Shown here: positions 13,740 to 25,569 of the stretch, one piece after another
How the letters are laid out: every line of letters begins with the position of its first letter
How positions within the stretch are numbered: position 1 is the first letter of the stretch
NCBI GenBank assembly: GCA_964247055.1
Contig: OZ176059.1
Location: 3,472,001 to 3,536,000, forward strand
Reading direction: 5' to 3'
DNA: 64,000 nt
From: Paragordius varius
Lineage: Eukaryota > Animalia > Nematomorpha
Program-made: the position numbers and the translations under genes
The notes under the pieces: model-generated
Database searches by the model: none
Told to the model about the DNA's origin: nothing
The model's input: only the letters and a program-made list of their open reading frames with translations

Positions 13740-14300
13740 CTTAGCGGTTTTTTTACTAGGCTAAACGTAATCTTTTGAAAAGTTCCTAAAAATTACGATG
13801 AAAAAGCGTTGGCTGATTAAACCGTAATTTTAAATGAAAAACTTTAGGTATATACAGTACCCTTTTTATTGTTGGCCACTTCATAATTTAAGGCCAAATG
13901 GCAATACAGTAACGTCGGAGTTAAAAACAACAAACGCTGTGCAATAAACATTTTTTCATATAATTACAACATGATTTATGTTTATTAGTTTATGGAAATT
14001 TTATCTTATTACATAAGCTACTGTATAACTAATTGTTCAACGATATAGTATGTATTGTACAGTTAAAATTAAAATTTAACGAACAAAACGCAAAATTTTT
14101 TTTAAAAGACAAAGCTTACATTTTAAAATTTTATTTATCCTATAAATATCATTATTTTTATTTACAAAAAACTCCAGTGCAAGCAGTCAAATAGCATGTA
14201 AAATATTTTATTAACGAAAATGCCTAACGTATCTAAGTAATAAATTATATCTCAATTTTTTTTTGCGAAAAATATAAATTGAATACAAAATTATATTTAA
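13740..14300 (+). repeat. Long repeat unit, block A plus a MITE-1 left end
   Basis: aaaaagcgt.ggctgattaaaccgta, tatacagtaccc...ttgttggccact, cgaacaaaacg (14080), aaaactccag; same order as 51460-52120. Confidence 0.8.
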
Positions 14301-14399
14301 GTGAAATGCTATGTGTAGATCATCTTAAATTTGATAAATGAATTTTTAATATATATTTTTATGACTGGTAAGAGTGCGTTTATGAGTCTAATTAGCAAT

Positions 14400-14640
14400 A
14401 CACCTTGTATGGATGTTTAAATTGTGAACAGATTCAATGTGTTAACCAAGTTGGACTTTTTTGGCATATCTCTTTTTACAAATAGGATATTCACGTTAAT
14501 TTATTCATTAACTGATTTCATGTGCCTTCCAAGATTTTCTTTTTGGGTATATTCATTTTAAGGACATTCTTGCTTATTTGTTCATGTATTGAAATAACAG
14601 GTTATTTTTATACCCCCCAATATTATACATTGTGAAATAT
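14400..14640 (-). pseudogene. C2H2 zinc-finger remnant, copy C
   Basis: ENLGRHMKSV..., EYPICKKRYAKKSNLV..HIESVH in shifting frames; same position relative to block A as the other copies. Confidence 0.7.
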
Positions 14641-14849
14641 AACTTTAAAAACGGGATATTAATTAATTGGAATACTATCACGAAGCTTCGAAAAAAATAT
14701 AACGCTGAGTTTTATTTTAAGAAAGATTTGCCTTTATTTGGTCCTTCAAGCCGAATTTCATGACAACATGTTACTTATGAGTATTATTATGTGTGTTGTA
14801 TCCAAATAAAAACTTTTTATATTTATGATAAAAATTGTAATGATGATAA

Positions 14850-16620
14850 CACTGTGCAACAAAATATGGGGTCAATTTTCTGGCCTCGATTTTCTAAATA
14901 TTTTCTGATTCCTTATTTGTGATCAGATTTGAATAAAAAATTTTTTTACTTTCCCAGCTCGTTTTCGAGATATGGGACTTTTTCCATATTTGGACATATC
15001 CAAAATTTTCTTGTTTGTAATTATTTTTCGCTATGTAAACAAATAATATGTGGCTTACATAAGTATTTTTACAAGAAATTACCAATTTATCTTCAAAATA
15101 AAAAAAAATTACTTAAAATATCCAATACTTTTTGTTTTAGGGGGCAAAAACCCTCAAAAATTGGGTAACTTAACATTTTTTCACACAAATATTTTTTATC
15201 AATTTATTAAATCAAAACAAACTTTATTATATGTTCTTGGATGTTAATAATGTTTGTTTAAATATAAATATCACTTTGTAATAGCTTTGTGGACTTTTAT
15301 TTTTAAAAATAAATTTAATTTTTACAGCTTTTTTGTTGCTTTTTTTATGTAAAAAATAATTTAAATTAGTCAGCTGTAAATACTAATTTCATTTTTTCAT
15401 CTGAAATTTTTAAATATTTCCTTCATTTTAATACACTCTATATCATCTTTTCATCAAGAATATTTTATTATATCAATATGTACAAAAAAAATATAATTCT
15501 AACCCAAGTAATATATATATATCTATATATATAGGGTGTCCAACAGATAAAAATATAGTTTGCCACATCTGTGGACAATACACAATAAAAACTAATCCGC
15601 TAAACATTACCATTTACATAAAAAAACTCTTTTTTTATATTTCAAACTTATTATGGGGGACCTCGATAAGAGTTGGGCCCCGAACATCGTATGTCGGACT
15701 TGTAGTAGTTTAGGAGCATGGTACCACAAAACCGGACCTGGACTCCCTTGGGGTATCCCTATGATATGGCGAGAGCCGAAATCTCATTCTGAACAAGATA
15801 TAAAGGATACTAATAAGTTAAGTGGCACCGAGGTAATATCCCTAATCAAAAAGTTGCATCTGTCAAAACGGTATTTTTAGAAAAAATAATAGAGCGCATT
15901 TTATAATTTATTTTAATTTACTTAAGCTGAAATGCGGTAAATATATAAGTTAAATTTTGTATTTATCTTTGAATAAGCTAAACATTTTTTTAATATATTA
16001 TTATATTAGGTCGTCCGAACTTGAGGACTCTTAATCGAAAGAATTTAACTGACATCAATATAACCAGTTTTCGGAATAGAGGAATAAATTTCCGAAAATA
16101 TTTTTCCGAAAACAGTTATTTATCATGGTGTCATGATATAATTGGCTTAATGCAGGAAATGAATTATCCATATGATTCATCACAATGGGTATTATTTCTA
16201 GACGCTTCTCAGGTATATAATATTTTACATCTTTAGGAAAGTTTGAAGGCATTTTTATTGGACCGTGCCGGAGAGCACAGGCCAATATTAATAGCATTCA
16301 GCCGAGTTTATAGGGAAACCTATGATAATTTTGAAAATATTTTTCAACTCCTCCGATACAACTTCCATTATTGGCATGTAACAGGGGATTATAAAGTTTC
16401 TAAAATTCTAATATTTTTATAGGTCATGGGACTGCTTTACGGAATACAGAAAGTATTTCCTAAATTCTTTTGTCCTTTGTGTAAATGGGACTCGCGGGAC
16501 ACCGATAACCATTACACAAAAAAAAAATTGGCCCGTCCGAACTTATGAAGTTGGGCCCAAGAATCAGACACTCAATTAGTGACCAAAGAGGAGAAAAGGG
16601 TCACCAGCTTTTGAAACCCT
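14850..16620 (+). mobile_element. Chapaev3-like (CMC) DNA transposon, 3'-truncated
   Basis: Begins TAA|CACTGTGCAACAAAA; subterminal gttttcgagatat motif; transposase downstream. No matching right terminus was found. Confidence 0.65.
15537..16550 (+). pseudogene. Intron-containing transposase of the WAPH/WREP family (probably Chapaev3-type)
   Basis: VCHICGQYT; GDLDKSWAPNIVCRTC...IPMIWREPKSH; WVLFLDASQ|ESLKAFLL; WHVTGDYK|VMGLLYGIQ; FCPLCKWDSRD..HY..NWPVR. GT-AG introns at 15871-16009, 16213-16236 and 16396-16422. The C-terminal half is missing. Confidence 0.85.
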
Positions 16621-16989
16621 TCAAAAAAACCTATCGAAACAATATAAATTTAATTTGCGATTATATATATATATGAATAAATAAATTATTATTTTATTTT
16701 TCTACATTTACTTTATTATTCTAGATTAGATTATCCGTGTCTTAAAATCTTTTGACCAAAATATATTCTAAATATTCACTCTAATAACTGATTATAATTA
16801 GGATTTGCATATAGTTCAATATAATACGATGAAATTATTTATTAATGGTATATTCTATTAGGCATATTCTTCAATTTTCTCTGCACAGTCGTCCATATTG
16901 AAAGCTAATCTATTAGCTGATGTGATATACAAATTGTTGCGATTGGGTACTTTGTCATGATAATATAACTACCTATTAATAAAATACTT

Positions 16990-17180
16990 TTATGTGGCAG
17001 ACGCCAAAATCGAATTGGTAAATAATTTTAAATACTTGGGCGATGTCATACATTGTCTAGGTGGAATAAACAAATCAGTTAAATATAGATCCCAACAGGT
17101 TGGGGTAAAATATCATTAACTTAAATTTATGCTTAAACATATATCAGCAAAAAACAAAGGTTGATTAGAGTTGTTGATAA
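16990..17180 (+). mobile_element. RTE LINE fragment (RT C-terminal region)
   Basis: KIELVNNFKYLGDVIHCLGG...SAKNKG resembles the RTE KFKYLG..I...K.KG segment. Confidence 0.7.
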
Positions 17181-17582
17181 GCGACAATAGTTTAAATTAA
17201 ATGAAACGTTAACGACAAAAAATAATTTAACTGAAGAGACGATAACCCAAATAAAATTTTTAAGAGTATATGGTTAAAATTATTAAAAATATAATTTAGT
17301 ATATGAGGGTTCTTTCCTTTGATTACCCTGTGGCATACGTACTGTTCCTTAAACAACTGAAATTTTATGGGTGATTAAACTATTTTAAAAAAGAATTCAT
17401 TTCCGAGTATCGTAAAACTTCATCAATAAGCTTCTTTAGATTGCACTCTTGACATACTTAACGTATTACTCTGAAATGCAAGCACATGATAATGATTTTT
17501 TTGATTCTTTGATTTTAGGGTTTTTTAAGCGTAGATTTCCCTACTCATTCGCATCCACACAAAATGTCTTGGAGTGCCGAAT

Positions 17583-17596
17583 GTTGGACAGCCCTG
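17583..17596. mobile_element. Isolated hAT (Charlie/Buster-like) right TIR
   Basis: gttggacagccctg is the reverse complement of CAGGGCTGTCCAAC, similar to 32480 CAGGGGTGGCCAAC. Confidence 0.45.
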
Positions 17597-17669
17597 ATCT
17601 CACATATATTCGTTATTTTTACTAAATCTCGGCGGATCAACATGTAGCGCTAAAGGACCAACTATAAAT

Positions 17670-18360
17670 ATTAACCACAGAAGTGTATAAATTTAAGCCC
17701 AAGCACATGTTTAAACCATTGCCTCAAATATGATAATATAATAACCAAAAGAGACAAAGTCATAGTAGAGACCTGATTAAAGATAACCTCCCATCTAATT
17801 TTAAGATCTTAAGTGAAAACGAAGCCATCGATTGGTCCAGACTACGCCCTGCCTGACCTCATTGTAACAAATGGCACTGATTGCTATATCATTGATCCCG
17901 TGCCGTTTGATAACAGGCTAGAATCATTCGAAACAGCGTTCAACAATAAAATAATGAAGTATAGCTGTATGGTTCAACAATTACAGGAAACATACAGCAA
18001 TACCCAAGTCATTCCAGTTATTGTAGGGTGCCTCGGCTCTTGGTAAAAACGATATTCTTTTTGAGAAAATCAAGTTCCGATACCCTACACAACTTAAGAA
18101 ATCAATAGTTATAAACACAATTAAATCATCCTCCGAGATGTACCACATGTTTATGAGCGGTCGAAATACCCTCATAAACCCAACAAATGCATCATTGTAA
18201 TATTTTTTATATATTTATTTTTTTTTATATATTTATTTTTATATATATATTAATATATTTTTTTCTTTCTTCTCCTAACTTCCCCATGCCCAATATTGTT
18301 GCGCAGCACTTTTCTTCATATATTCTAAATTGTATTTTTATATATATCAATAAATTATAT
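17670..18360 (+). mobile_element. 3' end of an R2-group (Utopia/NeSL-like) retroelement: CCHC remnant, restriction-like endonuclease and 3' UTR
   Basis: HV(L)NHC...LRP(.)DLIV...CYIID.VPFDNR..F..AFNNKIMKY...VIPVIVGCLGSW...YHMFMSG, stop at 18198-18200, AATAAA at 18349. Confidence 0.85.
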
Positions 18361-18419
18361 TATCTGTTAAAAAAGAACATTTTTAAATATACAATAAATA
18401 ATGTTATAGATTAACGAAA

Positions 18420-19400
18420 GAAAATATGATGAAAAATATTATAATTGTTTATTATTTATTTAAAAATTTTATGTCAAGTACGCATTGTTGATATATACGC
18501 AGGTCATTTATTATAGTATATCTAAAAAACCAAAATTGTATATTTTTTGTTCTTCTTATGTTTATTTCAATAAAAATTATATGCCGCGCATATTAGTGTT
18601 GAAAATATATATTATATTTATCATCTTTATGATCGGATATTTATTGAGTTCATATATAATAGGTTTTACATTAAAAATCAATATTATACAGACAAAGGTA
18701 AAATTATAAAGACATTTTTTTAGAATGACAGCCACAGCCGACTTTCTCGAAAACTTATTTTTCCTTATAAGCTATTCAATAACAATTGTAGAATATTAAA
18801 TTGATTGTGTTATACATCTCTATTTCAATATTTTACGAAAATCAATTTTAGTTTTCAGCATAAAATAATTATTTTTTCAGTTTTGTTATTGATCAGATTT
18901 TAACATAACATTTTATCTATTCAAAGTGAGTTTTGTTTAAATCAACTAAAAGAGGTTATTGTACATAACAATACTAAACATAAAAAAGATCATACTCCAG
19001 TCATAATATTAAAATTTAAGTTAATTTAATATATACAAATAATTTAAAATAAAATAATTAATTTTTATATGTGCCCAAAAATATTTCTTAAAATATAAAC
19101 CCATTCAGATATATTTGAATATATTTTTTTTCTAATAAAAAAAGCAATTAAAAAAACCGTTAAGAAATAAAATCGTCTGTAGGTTCATTTTATATTTCAA
19201 TTTTTGTTTTCAATTATTTTATGGTTTTAAAATATTTAAAAGAAATAATTTATGTTTTTTAACTAATAAATACCCTACATTTGATTTATTATTTGTCATT
19301 TAGTATAAAAAACTTTATAAATACATAAATTATATGCAATAAAAAATATTTTTTTAAATTATATTTTAAGAATATAAAATTGTTTTGACATAATATTTTA
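18420..19400 (-). repeat. Long repeat unit, inverted copy (blocks k-j-i-h-g)
   Basis: tgtcaagtacgcattgttgatatatacgcaggtca is the reverse complement of 21550-21595; aaaaccgtt...aatcgtctgt at 19150-19180. Confidence 0.8.
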
Positions 19401-19449
19401 TAATAAAATTATAGATTGTGCGAATATTGCCCTTTTTTAAAATAATTGT

Positions 19450-21610
19450 TTTACAAAATTATTCAATTTTAAACAAATTTTCAAGCATATAAGTTTAACA
19501 ATTTTTGATAAGCGAATAATAAATTAAATTTTAAAAAAAGTCATTGTGCAAATCTAATTCAAATTCTGAACCTTTCGAATTATCACTATTGAATTATATA
19601 AAAGTTTCATTAATATATCTTAAGGCGTTTTTATACCCTTTTCATAAAATTATTTTAAAAAACGGGTAACAATTTTCGGACAAATTATATCAAATAAAAA
19701 ATATACCTATAAAATCCTAAATTAGCATGTAATTTTTAAAAATAACAGAGCCGTATACCCTTACATTAATTAAATAGATGGCCTATTTTTACGAAAGTAT
19801 TTATTTAAAATAATAATTTTGTTAAAATAAATATTTATTTTTTGCAACGTATAAATATTCACTTTTTTTACTTTTATGAAGTTTATAAGCATAACATATT
19901 TATTATATATATATATTACTAATCTATTACCAATATGTCTATTATTCTAAATTTAATTTTATATATTAATAAATTATATCAATTTTTGTCTAAATATAAA
20001 TAAAAGTTTAATCATCTCTAAAACTAATCCAGATTTTCAAAAACTAACTAAGAAACTAACACAACTAAAACACGCCTCTGTATAATACCGGACAAAACTA
20101 AAATTTGATTCCTGTACCATATATAGACTTTTGCTTAAATTAATTTTATAATAATTTCATTTGGAATTTTTACTTAAAAATAAAATTGTATTTACTTTAA
20201 TAAATCATTAGCTTGATATAGTAAATGCATTTTTAATAAAAATATTATTATAAATATAAGTTATCCTAACACGCTATTCTTTAATGTAGAATAGGGTCCA
20301 AGTTATTCTTTACTAAATATTTTTTCCTAAATATTTTTTTTAATAAAATATAAAATTGTTTTTATTCGCGTATTTATCATTAAACTTGAGAGTTTGCTTA
20401 GATATATAAAAATATATTGACTGATTCGTAAAATATACAATTTAAAGAGGCAGTATCTATAACTTTATTTCAAAATATTACGCAAACAGCTTTCTATTTT
20501 GTAATTTATTATTTAAACAAATTATTTGATTTTTTTATCAAAAAAATAGACTTTATTGATTTTTCTGGCTTTTTTATGTCATTAAAAATAATTGATTGCT
20601 TTTTTTCAAAAAGGTATGATATCACAATTTGTAAAAAATGTTTAAAACAAATATATAAATAAATATATTTTAAAAGATAATTTTTTTAAAGAAACATTTT
20701 TTAATAAATAATTAATTATATATAAAATTTAAACTTAAAATTTAGCTTATATTTGCAAGTATTTATAAAGTTTTTTATACCAAATGAAAAATAACAAGTA
20801 AAGATATGGTATTTGTTAGTTAATAAATATAAATTATTTCATTTTAAATATTTTTAAACCATAAATTGGAAGCAAAAATACAAAAATTGAAACAGACGAT
20901 TTCATTATTTAACGGTTTTTTTAAATTGTCTGCTTTTTATTTATTCGTAAAAATTTTCAAATTTATTTGAAAAATGGGTATTTATATAAATAAATATATA
21001 ATATTTAATTATTTTATTTTAAATTATTTTTAAATATTAAATAAACTTTAAAGTCAAATTACATATATACTGAAAGTATAAGCCATCTTTTTTATGATTA
21101 TTCTGTTAGTATAATAAGTTAATTAAACATAACTCATTAATGTATAATTATGTAAGAATGTTAACTGACCACTAACAAATTATGTGACTGAAAAATTAAT
21201 TATTTATGCTAAAAACTAATTAAAACAAAATCTAGATTTTCATAAAATATTTGTTTTGAATGGCTAAATGTGAAATAGAGATATATAACACAATCAATTC
21301 TATATTCTACTAGTGTAGCACAAGAGCGTATAGAAAAAATTTGTTTTTGAAAAATCTGGTTGTCTATTAAAATAATTTGTCTTAATATGTATAAACTGTA
21401 TATATTAATTAATTTATAAAATATAAATTAAACAAATATCTGATCAATTATATAATTTAATATTTTCAAAACTAATAAGGGCATCATATAAATTTATTGA
21501 AATTTAACAAAAGATAAAGAAATAATTTACGATTTCGGATTAAATATACTATAATGAACGACCTGCGTATATATTAACAATGCGTACTGACATAAAATTT
21601 TTGATAAATA
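19450..21610 (+). repeat. Long repeat unit, forward copy (blocks Z-W-e-g-h-i-j-k)
   Basis: Colinear with 48950-50880. Confidence 0.9.
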
Positions 21611-22699
21611 ACACTAGTCGACAAATTTGGACATTTTTGAGCACCACCTCTCAAACTTTTAAATTATGACTAATTTCAGTGTTTGAAAACAGAATGTGAA
21701 AAAATTTTTGATCCCGCCAATCAGAATTTTGAAATATTATAGGTTTTTTTCAATTTTTTAAAAACAAGAGAAAATCGAGAGAAAATTAAATATAGCTTTA
21801 TAATAAAATGTTATTATATTATAAACTTAATATCATTTAATAAAGCGTTTTAAAATCTATCTTTTGAATATAAATATGTCATTTAAATATCAGAGAGAAA
21901 AAAATAGTACGGACTTAAACGTCAAAATTTAGTCTTTTTCTTTCAATTGAATTCTTAATACGTATAAAATTTAAAAAAATACTAAAAAAGGCATTCTATT
22001 TAAACCTTCGGCTTTTAGATAGGCTATATATTTTTTTGTTAGTTTTCGTTCTTTCGAGTAATTATTAGGCTTTTTTCTTGAGTTGGTTCTTACAAAAAAT
22101 CCTTTATTTATACCTAGTGGATATACTTTATTTTTAAAAATTATTGGTTGTTTTGTATTTTGAATTTCAGATGGATGTTGTGTAGCCACTTTTAGTAGAA
22201 TTTACTGTTATGGGGTTGGACCATTTGTATATACCTAATTTATATTCAATTTAATTGAAGAATTTATCTAACTTTATTCTGCAAATTGGTTAATTGGACA
22301 TGTCAATTTGCCATTTGCTTGCAAGTCTCTCTTATCCGACTTTACGATTACTTATTGTTATCTTTGCCATATCTGGCATAATTGGATCGCTTGGGGGATA
22401 TGCAGAGCTTGTGCAGCCGCCCGGATCTATCACACTATACATAAGCCCCTTTTAGATTTTTAATACTTTGGCTCTTAGCTTGTTTAGTATCTTATTTAAT
22501 GCCTAGAATTTTGTTATTCATGCATGGAATATTACTTGTATAGACTTGTTCGTTTGAATAAATATGTACACGAGGAATGATTGTTATTTTTGAATTAAAT
22601 ACAAATTAAAAATTAAATTTTGGAAAAATCCTATTGGTGGCCTCAATTTTCTTTTTTGTTTTGGCCTTTCCATGCCATTAAGTATCAGAAAATGCAAAA

Positions 22700-23300
22700 A
22701 TAATGGGTTGAGCAGTGTAAAATAAAAAATATGAATCTTTATTCAATAAATATTTGATTATAGAGTATCATAAATATAAATAAACACTAATGTTTAGGCC
22801 TATAATTTGATTCAAAATTAAATAAACTAAAAATTAAATCAATTGTTATCCTAAGTCCGACAGATATACTATAATGAATAACTTGCGGGTGAATTTATAT
22901 TGACGACATGATAAAAACTTCATAATTAATATTAAACAATTGTAATATTTTTAAATATATTTTCCTTCTTCAATCAAAAACATTATTTATCTTCCATTTA
23001 TAAGTGTACTTTTACATTATATTAAGGGTAATGTGGCCAAAAATTAAAAATAATTTGTTGAAGTATGAGGACTTCACAAACGATGATAAAAGGAGACTTA
23101 CTTATTATTTTGTTAAATTCAATATTTGTATATAACATTTTTTTGAATAATTTGAGAGCAAAATGATGTTAAATATTATTATTTAAAGTCTTAATTTTGA
23201 CATAGCCTAAGTCAAAATATATTTCGATATATTTGCCATCTATTTATGAAATCGGATAAATTGATTTAACATGGATAGAAAATATATATTTATAATATAA
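22700..23300 (+). repeat. Long repeat unit, forward copy (blocks k-m-n)
   Basis: atactataatgaa, gccaaaaattaaaa, cttacttatta and atttgccatctatttat match 50830-51200 and 46080-46320. Confidence 0.7.
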
Positions 23301-25569
23301 TTAACAATAAGTATGGTTGACTTTTTAAAAGATATAAAGAAAAAAAATAGCGGCGAAAAAGTTTGAGATGTTGTAAAAAAAATTGCATCATACTAAAAGG
23401 CATTTATTGAAAAGGCGCCCAGTGCTAAAAATATTTATTAAGGTATTAAATTATTAAGAGGCTTTGGAGTATGAAATTACCCCAAAATGATATATTAAAG
23501 AAATATTTATTTATAGCCAAAATTTTTAAATATTTAGAAAACTTTAACAGCCACATCGGCAATAATTTAGTATTATATATTTGAAAAATATTTAATGATT
23601 ATTATAAACTTTATGGATATATGAAAGTTGCTATTTTTAACCATGTAAAGAACAAATTTTTAGTTAAATAAATTAATATATATTTAGTTTATGGATTGTA
23701 TAATATACTTAAATGGGATTTAAATACGCCATCTATATAATGAGTTTTAAATATAACCGGCCTGCATTTGTTAAAAGAAAGAGGCTAAATTAATCTTTAA
23801 ATGGTTTGTCAAAATTAGAATTTTTCATAAATGTTACGTTATCCTTAGTATATTAAATATAAGCTTTTTTTATTTACGATGATGTTCATATACTGAAACA
23901 TTTATATTGAAAGTCGGACCAGAATACATCCTGGATCTTTATGTTGATTGTTTAATACATTCTAAATATATATGTATATATGAATTCAAATTTAAACGGC
24001 GTTTCCGGCCTACATAAATTTAAAATTATATTAATAAAGTTTAAATGTTAAAACTCTCTAGAAGGTCATATTTTTAATTAAACGTAAAATCTGATTGTTA
24101 TTATTAATACAACTTTGAGGTAATGTTCTATTTATAGATCATTAGATTGGAGGTGATGTTCTGATATTTAACTAAAAATGATATATTAAACGTTTTTTTC
24201 CTTTTCCACCAGCTTCAAGGTGGGCGACCTTATATGGTAATAGAAGAAGAAATTCCAATAATTTAAAAACAATATAATATATCTTTAAATATATCAACTC
24301 TAAATATGTAAAAAATGGAAATTGTCTTTTATATGAACAATGTGATTTGGTAAATACTCGGTTTAAGAAATAGACTCACTTGTTTAATTGGTGACCTATG
24401 CCATTTTAATGTAATTGTCAGTTTAATACTGGTTTAAACCCTTAGGCACTAAGAAATAAAATATAATATATTTGCTAGAAATATAATAATAAAATAAATT
24501 AAAAAATATTTTATTAAAGTGTGTTATATTTTAGATAGGATAGCATAAAAATTAATAAATATTTAACCAAATTGTATATAATATGACTAAACTAAGAAAA
24601 TGTTCGATCAATTAATAAGGTGTTTTTGAAAAAATACAGACACAAGAAATAAAAATATTAAAATGATATAATTTTAGATAACAGAAATATCTCATATTTT
24701 TGGAAAAATAAGTAAATAAATTACATATTTTATGAAATCAAAACATTTAACTTATTGCTTTTCCTTAGATATATCGTTTAAAAAATTTGAACGATTTCTT
24801 AAATAGATGACATGTATATTTCGTTTAAATTCTAATAATAAAATTTCTCTATAATTTTAATTTAAAATTTCTGCTTCACTAATTGTAACACTTGTTTCTT
24901 TTAAATCGATGAAAAAATTAGTATAAATATTTATTAAATAAAAACATAACTAAGTTACCTATATGGTTGTTAACAAAATCATATTCGTCTATGTCAGGAC
25001 TAGGGTTGTGCATTTGACTGCTTCAAAAAAGTCCGGTCAAACCATTTTGGTCATGACCACTTTTTACTTAACAAAATATCATGCGATATTGGATGGTGAA
25101 AATAATGTTCCAACCTTGCGTTTCACCAATAATGTCATGTTTTTTTTAAAAAGTTTGTATTATTATACATTTTTTATAATTATTTTCACAAATATTTTCA
25201 ATCGAATTTAATTAAGAAATTGTTTTCAAATAAATTTTACCACATGTTTGTGGCCTTTGAATCTTTAAATACATTTTTAATGGATATTTCAAATAAAATT
25301 ACCTAGTTTGTTTTACACTTCCTTCATCATTAAAATATCCAATTATAGGATGTTTTTCATTTTATTGGTTCACATATATAGAATAATTGCATATTTTGCA
25401 AAGTGCTTGATTGTATTGTTTTTCGAAATAACTAGATATGCTCAAATGCTAATGTTATAAGGAGTCAGGTTTGACAATTTTTAATATATTGTTAAATAAG
25501 CATATTTAAATATTTGATTTTTATTTTTTAAAAAATATAAAAAAACAATATATTAAAAAACGATAAAAT

